64,000 bases of DNA from Candidatus Lindowbacteria bacterium RIFCSPLOWO2_12_FULL_62_27 (lineage in GTDB: Bacteria; Lindowbacteria; 2-12-FULL-62-27): contig MFPR01000028.1 of assembly GCA_001784175.1 (NCBI GenBank), forward strand, positions 263,614 to 327,613, given 5' to 3'. This document shows positions 1-10,563 of this stretch, piece after piece. The notes under the pieces were generated by a model. It searched no databases. It was not told the DNA's origin and saw nothing but the letters and a program-made list of their open reading frames with translations. The translations under genes were made by a program, and so were the position numbers. Position 1 is the first letter of the stretch. Every line of letters begins with the position of its first letter.

Positions 1-3000
1 AACCGAACCGGTTTCCTGAACAATCAAGGCAATAACTTTGACTATGGAAGGAACTGGTGGGGAACAACCGATGAGCTGAGAATAAGAACGTTAATTACTG
101 ATACGTCGACCGGTATCAAACTAAGCCCCTATAGATTGGGCATTGTCGACACGACATCCGGCGCCGACACGACGGCGCCGCTGCCGCCGGTGAATGTTTC
201 CGTCACCGCCGATTCGACCGGCCAAATCGCGTTGTCGTGGACGATTCCGACCGTGAATGAGGAAACAAACGGCGGCGCGGTCGGATACAGCGGCGCAAAA
301 ATCTATCGCCTGACGAACACGGCCGACACGAACAACTGGGGTAATACGGCCAACCTCGTCTGGACCGCCGGCTCCAGCGCCACCTCTTGGACCGACACCA
401 CGACGCTGGCGGGCAACACCTATTACTATCGCCTCACGTCGATCGACGGCAACGGCTTCGTCAACCAGTCGTTCTTTACGGACACCAAATGGGCCACCGC
501 CACGCGCACGGTCTGGTACGTGAACGACACGTACTCATCCGCGACCGACTCATTCACGTACATCGCAGGCTCCGACACAGGCTCCGCCGACGGCTCGCCG
601 TCCAAGCCGTACCGGAGCGTCGCGAAGGTGATGCAGTTCGCGAAGTCGTACGACACGATCTATGTAGATGCTGGCCTCTACGCTGATACGTATGTCGTCG
701 TGTCGGGTACAGAAAAGGCTGCGTTTAAGATTGACACGGACTATCTGACGCTCATCGGGAAGGACTCGAGCTCCGCAGTGATTGATCCGCCCGGATCTCT
801 TAGCGGCTCAGGTTCCACGAGACTAATCGGTATCTATGCTTCGAATCGAAAGGGTGTGGCTATACACAACATCGGAATCGTCGGAGCCGATTACGGCATA
901 TATTTCGACAATGTTGATTCGTCGTCAATTGTCTTGGATAGTGTGTCAAATAGTGTCGTCGGGTTTTTCTTGGCTAATGGTTCAGATTCAAATGTGTTTC
1001 AAGATAATTTCACTTCCTTCAACAATCAGGGCCATGAGGGAGGTGATGAAAAGGCCGGCTATGGTTATTATCTCGATGCCTCCGGCAAAAATATGCTTTT
1101 GAACAATGTTTCGAATAGTGATTCGGGTGGAATTGCGATTAGGTTTAGTTCCGGTAATTATCTTTACAAGAATAGAATTTCGAGAAATACCACCGGGTCA
1201 GGAATAGGCCTTGCTGGGTCCGCCAGTAATGTTCTAAGTGAAAATACCATCGAATCAAAGTCTGTGGGCATAAGTATGGGTGTCGGGTATGCCGGAAATT
1301 ATCGTGCTTGTTCCAGTAACATTATTGTAAGAAACAAATTGATCAATAATGACACATGTGGAATCTACTTAGTAGTCATTGATGTTGATAGTAATGCGTT
1401 TGTCCAAAATGAAATCTCAGGTGCCGAAACGGGTATTCTTATTTCTAATTATTATAGTGGCACGCCTCCTCCCAGCAATATTTTCATAAAAAATAACATA
1501 TTCGCATCAAAGGTTAGGGATGTCTATAGTACAGCACCTTCTGCGCAGTACTTCTCAAGAAACTGGTGGGGAACAACTGACGAAGTGACAATAAAATCTA
1601 AATTTCTTGATACCATTTCAACATTCATTCCCTACCGAATCGGTCTCGTTGATACAAGTATTGGCGCCGACACCACCGCTCCCGGCCTACCGGCGAGCGT
1701 GACGCTCGACACGGCCTCTCCCGGTTTGATCAAACTCACATGGACCATCCCGACCGTGGATGAGGAGACGAACGGGGGGTCGGTTGGGTATGCCGGGGCG
1801 AAGATTTATCGTCTCAAAGGCATTCCGGACACGACGCAATGGGCGAACAGCGCTCTCCTAGTGTGGACCGCCGGCTCTTCGGACACGACGTGGACGGACA
1901 CGGGGGCGAAGGAGGACACGACGTATTATTACCGGCTGACGTCGTTTGATTCGGCGACGTACGTGAACCAGTCGTTTTTTACGGACACGAAGTGGGCGAA
2001 ACCGACGAGCGCCGGGGTTGTGCGGTTTTTTGAGGACACCGGATTTACCGACGAGGTCGACACGTATCTGACGCGCGATTACATTCTGATCGAGGTGCGG
2101 GACACGGACGAGAACCGCAACTCGAGCGCGAGCGAGACCGTGACGGTCAAGGTCTACGTGGGGAACGGGACGACCGAGGGGGACTCGGCAGGGCTGGTGC
2201 TGGACACGGAGACGATTCTCTTGACCGAAGTCGGTCTTGCGTCGGGCATCTTCCAGTGTTCGCCTGTCATTGTGACCGACTCCAAGGTTCCGGCGTCGGG
2301 TGACGGAATCATCAGTTGGGGCCGCGGGGACACGGTCTACGTCATTTACACCGACTCGAACGACGCCAACGACACGGCCATCGACACCGCGCTGGCGATC
2401 GAGATCGCGTCCACATCCCGCGTTCAATTCTACGACGACACCGCCTTCACCGACGACGTCGACACCTACAAGACGCGTGATGTTTTGTACGTGGCGGTCT
2501 TCGACACGGACGAGAACCGCAACCCCCAGAGAAAAGATACGGTTTCTGTCACCGTTTACGTCGGCCTCAACACCTCCGGACTCATCACCGATACCGAGGT
2601 GATCACGCTGACCGAAAGCACAGAAACGAGCGGCATATTCCTGCTGTCGGCCGGGATCAACCTGACCGATACCGCCGCGACGACGTCGAACAACGGGTTT
2701 CTGACCTGGGCCACGAGCGACACCCTGCAGGTGGACTACCTCGACGTGACCGGCGGCACGACCGACAGCGCCTCCGACACGGCGCTGCTGGTCGACACCG
2801 ACGTCCAGTCCTATTCCGGGCCCGTCTGGTATGTGAACGACACCTCGACGACCGGCGATATTTACACCTCGGCCATCGGCTACGACACCTCCGCCGGCGT
2901 CGGGTCGGCCTCCGCGCCGTTCAGGTCCGTCTCGATGGCCCTCCGGTCAGCCAAATCCGGCGACACGATTTACATCGACGCCGGCCGGTACGGCGATACG

Positions 3001-6000
3001 GGATATGACACCTTCGCCAATTACACCGAAACGGCCGCCTTCCGGATCGACACCGACTACCTCACGATCATCGGGAAAGACTCAAACGCGACGGTGATCG
3101 ATCCTCCGGGATCGAACACGACCGTCGGTCTCTATGCCATCTATGCTGACAGCCAAATCGGACTTGTCATCAAGAACCTCGGAGTGACGGGCGCCTACGA
3201 CGGTATTCATTTCGTGAACGTCGATCTGTCAACGATCACGGGCGACAGCGCAAGCTCAAACAGCAGCAGCAGCGCCGGCGCGGGCGTCTATCTTCTGAAC
3301 GGCTGCGACACCAACACGGTGAGCAACAACACGGCCAATTCGAATTTCATCGGCATCCTGGTGGATACTGGTTCGAACAATACGATCAGCAACAACACGA
3401 CGACTTCGAATTCATGGGCCGGCATCCTTCTGGCCTGGGGTTCGAACAACACAGTGGGCAACAATACCGCCAATTCCACGACCCAGGGACACGGCATCGA
3501 TCTGGAATACACCTCCAGCAACCGGGTGAGCAACAACACGGCCAAATGGAATTCGTGGGACGGCATCGTTCTGAACGGGAGTTCGAACAATGTTGTTGTT
3601 CAAAACATGCTGGATTCCAACGCGAAGTACCAGATCTATATCGACGGACCATCCTCATCGGATACGGTTGCCAAGAACAACATCCGGACATCGCCGACGA
3701 ATCCCGACAGCGGGGTGTTCAACGGGACCAACAACGCCCTTGATTTCACCCGCAACTGGTGGGACACGACGGACGAGGTGCGGATCGGCAAGATGATTTA
3801 CGACACGGCGACGGCAGTGAAAATCACGTGGCGCCCGTATCGCCTCGGCCCGGTCGATACCGCATCCGGCGCCGACACGACCGCGCCCGGGCTGGTCGCG
3901 GGCGTGTCGCTCGATACGAGTGTCGGAAACATCGTCAAGCTCACGTGGACGATCCCGACCGTCAACGAGGAGACGAACGGGGGGACGTTCGCTTACAACG
4001 GCGCGCGGATTTACCGACTGCGCAACACGGTCGACACGAACCACTGGGGCAACCCGGCGAACCTCGCGTGGATCGCGGGCGAGTCGGACACGCAGTGGAG
4101 CGACACCGGCGTTGTGGGCGGCGAGACGTACTATTACCGCATCACGTCGCTCGACTCGGCGACATACGTCAACCAGTCGTTTTTCACCGACACCCAATTC
4201 GCGAAGGCCGATTCGGCCTACGCCGGGCCGAAGTGGTACGTGAACGATACATACTCGTCCTCGGCCGACTCGTTCACGTACGCGGGCGGGAATGACACGA
4301 GCTTGAGCGTGGGCGACGGCTCGACCTCAAAACCGTTCCGCAGTGTCGCCCGGGCCTTGCAGAAAGCCAAATCGGGCGACACGATCTACGTCGACGCCGG
4401 TCTCTACGCGGACACGTACGTGTGGGTGTCGAGCACGGAGACGGCGGCGTTCAAGATCGACACCGACTACATCACGGTCGTCGGCAAGGATTCGGCCGCC
4501 AGTGTGATCGACCCGCCGGGCGATTCGATGAACCGCCGGGTCTATGGCGTATACGCGACCGGCCGGGTGGGCCTGACGATCAAAAACCTCGGCGTGACAG
4601 GCGCCGGATACGGGATCAACTGGCTCAACGTCGACTCCTCGACCCTCTCCGGCGACGGCGTCAGTTCCTGCGGCTTTTACGGCATCGCGCTCGGAAGCGC
4701 GTCCGACTCCAACACCATCAGCGGCAACCTCACGTATTGGAACGACAGTTACGGCATTTATCTGGAATCTAACCGGAACAACTCCGTGACCAACAACCTA
4801 TCGAGCTGGAACGGCATCCAGGGCATTTTCATGAACTTGAGTTACTCCAACACCGTCTGCAGCAACACCCTGAAGGCCAACTTCTTTTCCGGCATCTACC
4901 TCGAATCCTGCACCGGCAACAGCATCTGCGGCAACACGGCGGACTCGAACAACAACTACGGCATCGCGCTGACGAACGCGTCCAAGTCGAACCAGATTTA
5001 CAGCAACCTCGTCACGTCGAACGGCGAGTACGGCATCAAGATCGATTCAAGCGCCGATAACCTCGTGCGGAACAACCTCGTGCGATCCAATTTCCGCGTC
5101 GGCGTGCAGATTCTGAACTCCGACACGAACACGGTCACGCTGAACGACATCGCCGGCAACGACACCGGCGTGCGCCTGCAGGGCGTCTCGCGGAACAACC
5201 TGATCACAAAAAATAATTTCCTGTCCCGCATCAGCGCCAACGTCTGGAACGCGTCGGCGCAGACCGACACGATCACCTTCAACTGGTGGGGCACGACGGC
5301 GGAGGATTCGATCACGGCGCTGATCGCCGACACCGCGTCCAACGCGTTCCGGCCCTACCGCATCGGCGTCATCGACACGACGCCGGGCGCCGACTCGACC
5401 GCGCCCGCGCCGCCGGTGGGGGTGGCGCTGGACACGAACACATACGCGGGCCGGATCGTGGTCACGTGGACGATCCCGACGGTGAACGAGGAGACGAACG
5501 GGGGGACGGTGAGCTGGGCGGGGGCGTATGTGTATAGGACGAATAAGACAGATACGACCCACTGGGCAAACACAGCAAATCGAGTATGGATCTCGTCGTC
5601 GACGGCGACGTCGTGGACCGACACCGGCGTCACGGCAGGCGAGACGTACTATTACCGCCTGACGTCGATCGACGGCTCCGCCGTGCCCAACCAATCGTTT
5701 TTCACCGACACCAAGTGGGCGATCCCGCAGGCCGAAACGCAGGGCCGCAAGTGGTACGTGAACGACACGTACTCGTCGTCGACCGACTCGTTCACGTACG
5801 CCGCGGGATCGGACACCAGTTACGGTGACGGCACCGTCAACAAGCCGTACCGGTCGGTCGCGAAGGCGCTGCAGGGGGCGAAGTCGGGGGATACGATCTA
5901 CGTGGACGCAGGCCTGTACGCGGACACGTACGTGCTCGTGTCGTCGTCCGAAACGGCTGCGTTCAAGATCGACACCGATTACATCACGATCATCGGCAAG

Positions 6001-9000
6001 GACTCGAACGCTACCGTGTTCGACCCGCCGGGGGCGAAAACGGTGGAGGGTCTGTTCGGCATCTACGCCGACACCCAGACGGGTCTGGTCATCCGTGACC
6101 TCGGGGTGACCGGGGCGCTGGCCGGCATCGCGTTTTTAAATGTCGACTCCTCGACGATTTCCGGCGACAGCCTGTGTTCCAATGACGTGGGCGTCTATTT
6201 CGCGAGCGGTTCGGACAGCAACACCGTGACCGGCGTGACGGCCCGTTACAATGGGATCGGGATATATCTCGATTCAAGCTCGTCCAACGCCATAAGGAAC
6301 AACATGGCTGATTCGAATTCAAATTTCGGCGTCTATCTCAAGACCAGCGCGTCCAACACGATCAGCGGCAACACGGCCGATTCGAACTCCGTCGCCGGCA
6401 TCTATCTGAATTCTTCCTGGAACAACACGCTGGAGACCAACGCCGCCCGGTTCAATGCTTCCGCCGGCATCTATCTTGCGTCATCCCGGAGCAACACGCT
6501 CTACGGCAACGCGGCCGACTCGAACGCGACCTACGGTTTTTATTTCACCGCGTCGGACACCAACACCCTGTCGGGCAACGCGGCCCATTCGAATTCGGGC
6601 TTCGGCATCCGGCTGGTGTCGAGTTCCTACAACGTTGTGACCCGCAACGCCACTGATTCGAACGCAACCGCCGGGCTATCCGTCGACACGGGAACCTACA
6701 ACACCGTGTCCGGCAACCGGTTCAGCGGCCGTTCGGCAAGCAACCAGTCCGGCATCCTGCTGGCCGGTTCGGATTCGAACGTGATCGCGCAGAACGACGT
6801 GAGCGCCAACGCCTACGGGGTTCTGCTCAACAGAACGTCCAGCGGCAATACGATCACGCGCAACAATTTCACCGGGAACACCACTTACCATGCGCTCAAT
6901 CAGGCCGGCCTGTCGCAGGCCTTCACGCGCAACTGGTGGGACACGACGGACGAGGTCACGATTTCGCAGAAATTCGCCGACACCGCCTCGGCTTTCATCC
7001 CGTACCGGCTGGGCAAGGTCGACACGACCGCCGGCGCCGACACCACCGCCCCCGGCCTGCCCGCGAGCGTGTCGGTCTCCTGCACGAGCGCCGGCTGTTC
7101 GGTGACGTGGACGATCCCGACTGTGAATGAGGAGACGAACGGGGGGACGGTGGGGTATGCGGGGGCGATCATCTATAGGACCAATACGACAGATACGTCG
7201 AATTGGGCGAATAAAGTCAACCTCGTGTGGACCGCGTCGTCGTCCGCGACGTCGTGGATCGACACGCAGGTGACGGCCGGCAACACGTACTATTACCGGC
7301 TGACCTCGTTCGATTCGCCGTCGGCGACCAGCCCGTTTTTCAATCAGTCGTTTTTCACCGACACGAAATCCGGAACTGTGTCCGCGACGGACACGACTGC
7401 GCGCGCGTGGTACGTGAACGACACGTACTCGTCTTCGACCGACTCGTTCACGTACGCGGCTGGCGCGGACACGAGCTACGGCGACGGCTCCACCTCCAAA
7501 CCCTACCGCAGCGTTGCGAAGGCGCTCCAATCGGTCAAGTCCGGTGATACGATCTTTGTGGACGCCGGGTTGTATACGGACACATACGTCATGACCTACT
7601 TGGGAGAGACGGCGGCTTTCAATATTGACACCGACTACATTTCAATCATCGGCAAGGACTCCAACTCAACGGTCATCGATCCGCCGGGGTCCGCATCGGT
7701 CTTGTTCAATAAAGTGACCCACGGAATTTTCGCCGACAGCCAAGCAGGGCTTTTGATCAAGAATCTGGGAGTCACCGGCGCGTATGACGGCATCCATTTC
7801 GAAAACGTCGACTCCTCGATCATCACCGGTGACAGCGTCAGCGGCACCGTCAACAGCGCCGTGACGCTGCAATACGGATGCGAAGGCAACACGGTCAGTT
7901 CCAATCTGATTGTTTCGAACAGCGGCGCAGGAATCTGGCTCTATACATTGAGTTCAGGAAATCTTGTGGACAACAACAGGGTTGATTCCAATCTCGGGGG
8001 TATCGCGCTGGATAGCAGTTCGAGTAATATTGTGAGTAATAACACTGTCAAATCCAACACCACAGGCATTGACCTGAAAAAATCTTCCAATCAAAATATA
8101 CTTCGGACCAACGTGATCAGTTCAAATCTGGCGGACGGCATTTCCCTGTCATCGAGTTCCGATAACTTCTTGGTTCAGAATACGCTGGATTCAAACGCCC
8201 AGTATCAGATTTACATCACGGGTTCCTCATCTTCCGATACCGTACTGAAGAACAACATCCGTACATCGACCCGCAATGCGGATAGCGGCGTGTTCAACAG
8301 CAGCGGCAACACGTTCGATTTCACCCGCAATTGGTGGGACACGACAGACGAGGTCAGGATTTCGAAGATGATCTATGACACGGGCGCGTCGACCAACATC
8401 AAGTTCAGTCCGTATCGTTTGGGCGCTGTCGACACGACCGCCGGCGCCGACAGCACGGCGCCCGGCCTGCCTGCGAACGTGACGGTTTCGTGCACGAGCG
8501 CCGGCTGTTCGATGAGCTGGACGATCCCGACCGTGAATGAGGAGACGAACGGCGGGTCGGTGGGATATGCGGGGGCGAAAATTTACCGATTGAAGAATAC
8601 AGTCGACACGACGAACTGGGGGAACCCCGCCAATCTCGTCTGGACCGCGTCGTCCTCCGCGACGTCATGGGTTGACACGCAGGTCACGGCCGGCAACACA
8701 TACTATTACCGGCTGACGTCCTTTGACGCCGCGACGTTCATGAACCAATCCTTCTTCACCGACACCAAATCCTCGACCGTCGTGTCGGGCGGCGTGACGG
8801 TCGACACCGTTACAGTCGTCAGCGGCAACCACCAGATCACGACGATCTCGTCGCGGCTGTCCTCGGCTCTCCGCGTGCGCCTGACCGATTCGACCGGCGC
8901 CGCGATCCCCTACGCGCGGGTGACGTTCGCGATCGCGTCGACGCCGTCGACGACCGGCGGGTATTTCCGCGACTCGTCCGCGCTCACGTCGAGCGATTCG

Positions 9001-10563
9001 GCTTGGACCGACTCCGACGGCTATGTTCAGGACACGTTCACGCTCGGAACGACGCGCGGCGTGTATCTGATCACGGCCACGTCCGATTCGAACACGTCCA
9101 AAAAGGCGCTGTTCTATGCCTACGCCGACGGCGTGGATATTACGGCGAGCAAGTGGAGGATGGTGGCGACGAACAAGACGGCCGCGACCACGTTTGGCAC
9201 GATCACGGCCGGGATGACGAGCCCGGTAGGATACGGCTGGAACGAGGCCGCCGGGGTGAGCGCCGGCGTTTCGGAATACTCGCAGCTTTCCAGCAGTTCG
9301 GCGATCGACACCGGGCGGTCGTACTGGGTGTACACCGCGTCGTCCGGCGGCTACGCGTACGTGTCCGGCTCGACGGCGTTGGACACCGTGCGCGTGGCGC
9401 TGACGGCCGGGTGGCACATGATCTCGTCCGGGCAGTATTTCTACGTGGACTGGGATTCGGGCGTGTGGTTCGACACGAACGGCGAGAAATATCTTCCGGC
9501 GAAGGCCGATTCGCTCGGGATCATCAAGAACACTTTGTTCTGGTACACCGGCTCCGGATACTACTGGGGTCCGGACCCGCTGACGGCGCAGGTATCGCAC
9601 GTGCAGATGAAACCGATGACGGGGTTCTGGCTCTACACGCCGGTTGCATGCACGATGTGGGTGGGTCCGTACCCGGCGAGCCCGGCGGAGACGTCGACGT
9701 ATATATTGCAGCAGGCGCCAAATTATAAATCTGAAGGGATTGTCCACGAAGGAGCACGAAGGGGCACGAAGGAATACGAAGGATCTGTCATGGCCGCGCA
9801 ATATGTGAACGGAGGAAGCGATGTTGACTGGGTGGTAAGATTGACGGCGGCCGCGGGGGATCAGGTGGATTTTCAGAATTATGTCGGCGTCAAGCCCACG
9901 GCGCAGGAGGCGGCGCGCTCCGCGGTGTTTGATCCGCCGGCCGCGGCTGGGAATTTTGTGGCGGTTGGAGTGAGAGCGGGAGAGGGAGCAGGAGGAGGGT
10001 GGTTGGCGGCGTCGTACGCTGAGCCCGTGACAACCGTGAAAACATGGGAGGTCAGTCTGGCGACGGACATGGACTCGCCCGTCGTGCTGTCGTGGGAGAA
10101 TGTCGCGAGCATTCCGCCGCAGTACGACGCGTACCTGATCGGCGCCCCGACCGGTCCGGCGAATTTGCGGCAGGTTTCATCGCTGGTATTGCAATCCGCA
10201 ATCCACAATCCGCAATCCGCAATCACATTGGCGGTAGGGTTGCCCGAATACTTGGCCGCGTTTCTGGCCGGCAACCTCGACCGGACGCAGACCTTCGCGT
10301 ACCCGAACCCCGGCCCGGACGGGGCGACGGGGAACGTGACGTTCAAGTACAATCTGCAGGCGGCGCAGGACATCACGGTGCGGATCTTCGACGTGGGCGG
10401 CAGACTCGTGCGGGAGTTGCGGCAAAGCGGCGTCCCGGGGTCCAATCTGCTCCCGTGGGATACGGCCAACCGATACGGGCAGAAACTCGGGTCGGGAGTC
10501 TACATTTACATCATTCAGTCCGGGGGAGAAAAACTGGTGGACAAGGTGGCGATCGTGAGATGA
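1..10563 (+). CDS. Giant modular secreted/surface protein, 5'-truncated: NosD-like right-handed beta-helix + FN3-like repeats, Ig-like domains, C-terminal T9SS/FlgD-like domain
   Basis: Frame is open from base 1 (NRTGFLNNQGNNFDYGRNWWG...), so the TTG at 136 is not the true start. Six NWW and six WTIPTV(N/D)EETNGG motifs, five WYVND..GD/KPYRSV motifs, Asn-ladder GIxL..S.NN repeats, C-terminal YPNP...IFDVGGRLVR...SGVYIY. Confidence 0.85.
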   Translation, partial: NRTGFLNNQGNNFDYGRNWWGTTDELRIRTLITDTSTGIKLSPYRLGIVDTTSGADTTAPLPPVNVSVTADSTGQIALSWTIPTVNEETNGGAVGYSGAKIYRLTNTADTNNWGNTANLVWTAGSSATSWTDTTTLAGNTYYYRLTSIDGNGFVNQSFFTDTKWATATRTVWYVNDTYSSATDSFTYIAGSDTGSADGSPSKPYRSVAKVMQFAKSYDTIYVDAGLYADTYVVVSGTEKAAFKIDTDYLTLIGKDSSSAVIDPPGSLSGSGSTRLIGIYASNRKGVAIHNIGIVGADYGIYFDNVDSSSIVLDSVSNSVVGFFLANGSDSNVFQDNFTSFNNQGHEGGDEKAGYGYYLDASGKNMLLNNVSNSDSGGIAIRFSSGNYLYKNRISRNTTGSGIGLAGSASNVLSENTIESKSVGISMGVGYAGNYRACSSNIIVRNKLINNDTCGIYLVVIDVDSNAFVQNEISGAETGILISNYYSGTPPPSNIFIKNNIFASKVRDVYSTAPSAQYFSRNWWGTTDEVTIKSKFLDTISTFIPYRIGLVDTSIGADTTAPGLPASVTLDTASPGLIKLTWTIPTVDEETNGGSVGYAGAKIYRLKGIPDTTQWANSALLVWTAGSSDTTWTDTGAKEDTTYYYRLTSFDSATYVNQSFFTDTKWAKPTSAGVVRFFEDTGFTDEVDTYLTRDYILIEVRDTDENRNSSASETVTVKVYVGNGTTEGDSAGLVLDTETILLTEVGLASGIFQCSPVIVTDSKVPASGDGIISWGRGDTVYVIYTDSNDANDTAIDTALAIEIASTSRVQFYDDTAFTDDVDTYKTRDVLYVAVFDTDENRNPQRKDTVSVTVYVGLNTSGLITDTEVITLTESTETSGIFLLSAGINLTDTAATTSNNGFLTWATSDTLQVDYLDVTGGTTDSASDTALLVDTDVQSYSGPVWYVNDTSTTGDIYTSAIGYDTSAGVGSASAPFRSVSMALRSAKSGDTIYIDAGRYGDTGYDTFANYTETAAFRIDTDYLTIIGKDSNATVIDPPGSNTTVGLYAIYADSQIGLVIKNLGVTGAYDGIHFVNVDLSTITGDSASSNSSSSAGAGVYLLNGCDTNTVSNNTANSNFIGILVDTGSNNTISNNTTTSNSWAGILLAWGSNNTVGNNTANSTTQGHGIDLEYTSSNRVSNNTAKWNSWDGIVLNGSSNNVVVQNMLDSNAKYQIYIDGPSSSDTVAKNNIRTSPTNPDSGVFNGTNNALDFTRNWWDTTDEVRIGKMIYDTATAVKITWRPYRLGPVDTASGADTTAPGLVAGVSLDTSVGNIVKLTWTIPTVNEETNGGTFAYNGARIYRLRNTVDTNHWGNPANLAWIAGESDTQWSDTGVVGGETYYYRITSLDSATYVNQSFFTDTQFAKADSAYAGPKWYVNDTYSSSADSFTYAGGNDTSLSVGDGSTSKPFRSVARALQKAKSGDTIYVDAGLYADTYVWVSSTETAAFKIDTDYITVVGKDSAASVIDPPGDSMNRRVYGVYATGRVGLTIKNLGVTGAGYGINWLNVDSSTLSGDGVSSCGFYGIALGSASDSNTISGNLTYWNDSYGIYLESNRNNSVTNNLSSWNGIQGIFMNLSYSNTVCSNTLKANFFSGIYLESCTGNSICGNTADSNNNYGIALTNASKSNQIYSNLVTSNGEYGIKIDSSADNLVRNNLVRSNFRVGVQILNSDTNTVTLNDIAGNDTGVRLQGVSRNNLITKNNFLSRISANVWNASAQTDTITFNWWGTTAEDSITALIADTASNAFRPYRIGVIDTTPGADSTAPAPPVGVALDTNTYAGRIVVTWTIPTVNEETNGGTVSWAGAYVYRTNKTDTTHWANTANRVWISSSTATSWTDTGVTAGETYYYRLTSIDGSAVPNQSFFTDTKWAIPQAETQGRKWYVNDTYSSSTDSFTYAAGSDTSYGDGTVNKPYRSVAKALQGAKSGDTIYVDAGLYADTYVLVSSSETAAFKIDTDYITIIGKDSNATVFDPPGAKTVEGLFGIYADTQTGLVIRDLGVTGALAGIAFLNVDSSTISGDSLCSNDVGVYFASGSDSNTVTGVTARYNGIGIYLDSSSSNAIRNNMADSNSNFGVYLKTSASNTISGNTADSNSVAGIYLNSSWNNTLETNAARFNASAGIYLASSRSNTLYGNAADSNATYGFYFTASDTNTLSGNAAHSNSGFGIRLVSSSYNVVTRNATDSNATAGLSVDTGTYNTVSGNRFSGRSASNQSGILLAGSDSNVIAQNDVSANAYGVLLNRTSSGNTITRNNFTGNTTYHALNQAGLSQAFTRNWWDTTDEVTISQKFADTASAFIPYRLGKVDTTAGADTTAPGLPASVSVSCTSAGCSVTWTIPTVNEETNGGTVGYAGAIIYRTNTTDTSNWANKVNLVWTASSSATSWIDTQVTAGNTYYYRLTSFDSPSATSPFFNQSFFTDTKSGTVSATDTTARAWYVNDTYSSSTDSFTYAAGADTSYGDGSTSKPYRSVAKALQSVKSGDTIFVDAGLYTDTYVMTYLGETAAFNIDTDYISIIGKDSNSTVIDPPGSASVLFNKVTHGIFADSQAGLLIKNLGVTGAYDGIHFENVDSSIITGDSVSGTVNSAVTLQYGCEGNTVSSNLIVSNSGAGIWLYTLSSGNLVDNNRVDSNLGGIALDSSSSNIVSNNTVKSNTTGIDLKKSSNQNILRTNVISSNLADGISLSSSSDNFLVQNTLDSNAQYQIYITGSSSSDTVLKNNIRTSTRNADSGVFNSSGNTFDFTRNWWDTTDEVRISKMIYDTGASTNIKFSPYRLGAVDTTAGADSTAPGLPANVTVSCTSAGCSMSWTIPTVNEETNGGSVGYAGAKIYRLKNTVDTTNWGNPANLVWTASSSATSWVDTQVTAGNTYYYRLTSFDAATFMNQSFFTDTKSSTVVSGGVTVDTVTVVSGNHQITTISSRLSSALRVRLTDSTGAAIPYARVTFAIASTPSTTGGYFRDSSALTSSDSAWTDSDGYVQDTFTLGTTRGVYLITATSDSNTSKKALFYAYADGVDITASKWRMVATNKTAATTFGTITAGMTSPVGYGWNEAAGVSAGVSEYSQLSSSSAIDTGRSYWVYTASSGGYAYVSGSTALDTVRVALTAGWHMISSGQYFYVDWDSGVWFDTNGEKYLPAKADSLGIIKNTLFWYTGSGYYWGPDPLTAQVSHVQMKPMTGFWLYTPVACTMWVGPYPASPAETSTYILQQAPNYKSEGIVHEGARRGTKEYEGSVMAAQYVNGGSDVDWVVRLTAAAGDQVDFQNYVGVKPTAQEAARSAVFDPPAAAGNFVAVGVRAGEGAGGGWLAASYAEPVTTVKTWEVSLATDMDSPVVLSWENVASIPPQYDAYLIGAPTGPANLRQVSSLVLQSAIHNPQSAITLAVGLPEYLAAFLAGNLDRTQTFAYPNPGPDGATGNVTFKYNLQAAQDITVRIFDVGGRLVRELRQSGVPGSNLLPWDTANRYGQKLGSGVYIYIIQSGGEKLVDKVAIVR
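9741..9783 (+). repeat. Left-arm-only copy of the CACGAAG 10-bp tandem element, in frame inside the giant CDS
   Basis: tgtc-CACGAAGgag-CACGAAGggg-CACGAAGgaa-TACGAAGga; same unit as at 11064 and 12640. Confidence 0.85.
10193..10224 (+). repeat. Heptamer tandem repeat (AATCCGC) x4.5, in frame in the giant CDS
   Basis: AATCCGC AATCCAC AATCCGC AATCCGC AATC, translated QSAIHNPQSAI. Confidence 0.85.

Noticed and set aside
3240..8300. AAC-rich tracts as a DGR template or variable repeat
   Set aside because: Explained by beta-helix Asn ladders. No reverse transcriptase or adenine-only mismatch pair was seen.
10044..10559. N-terminal extensions given by the ORF track (also 12746, 24362, 40767, 49672, 63986)
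   Set aside because: They overlap real genes in another frame. Coupled downstream starts fit family boundaries better.
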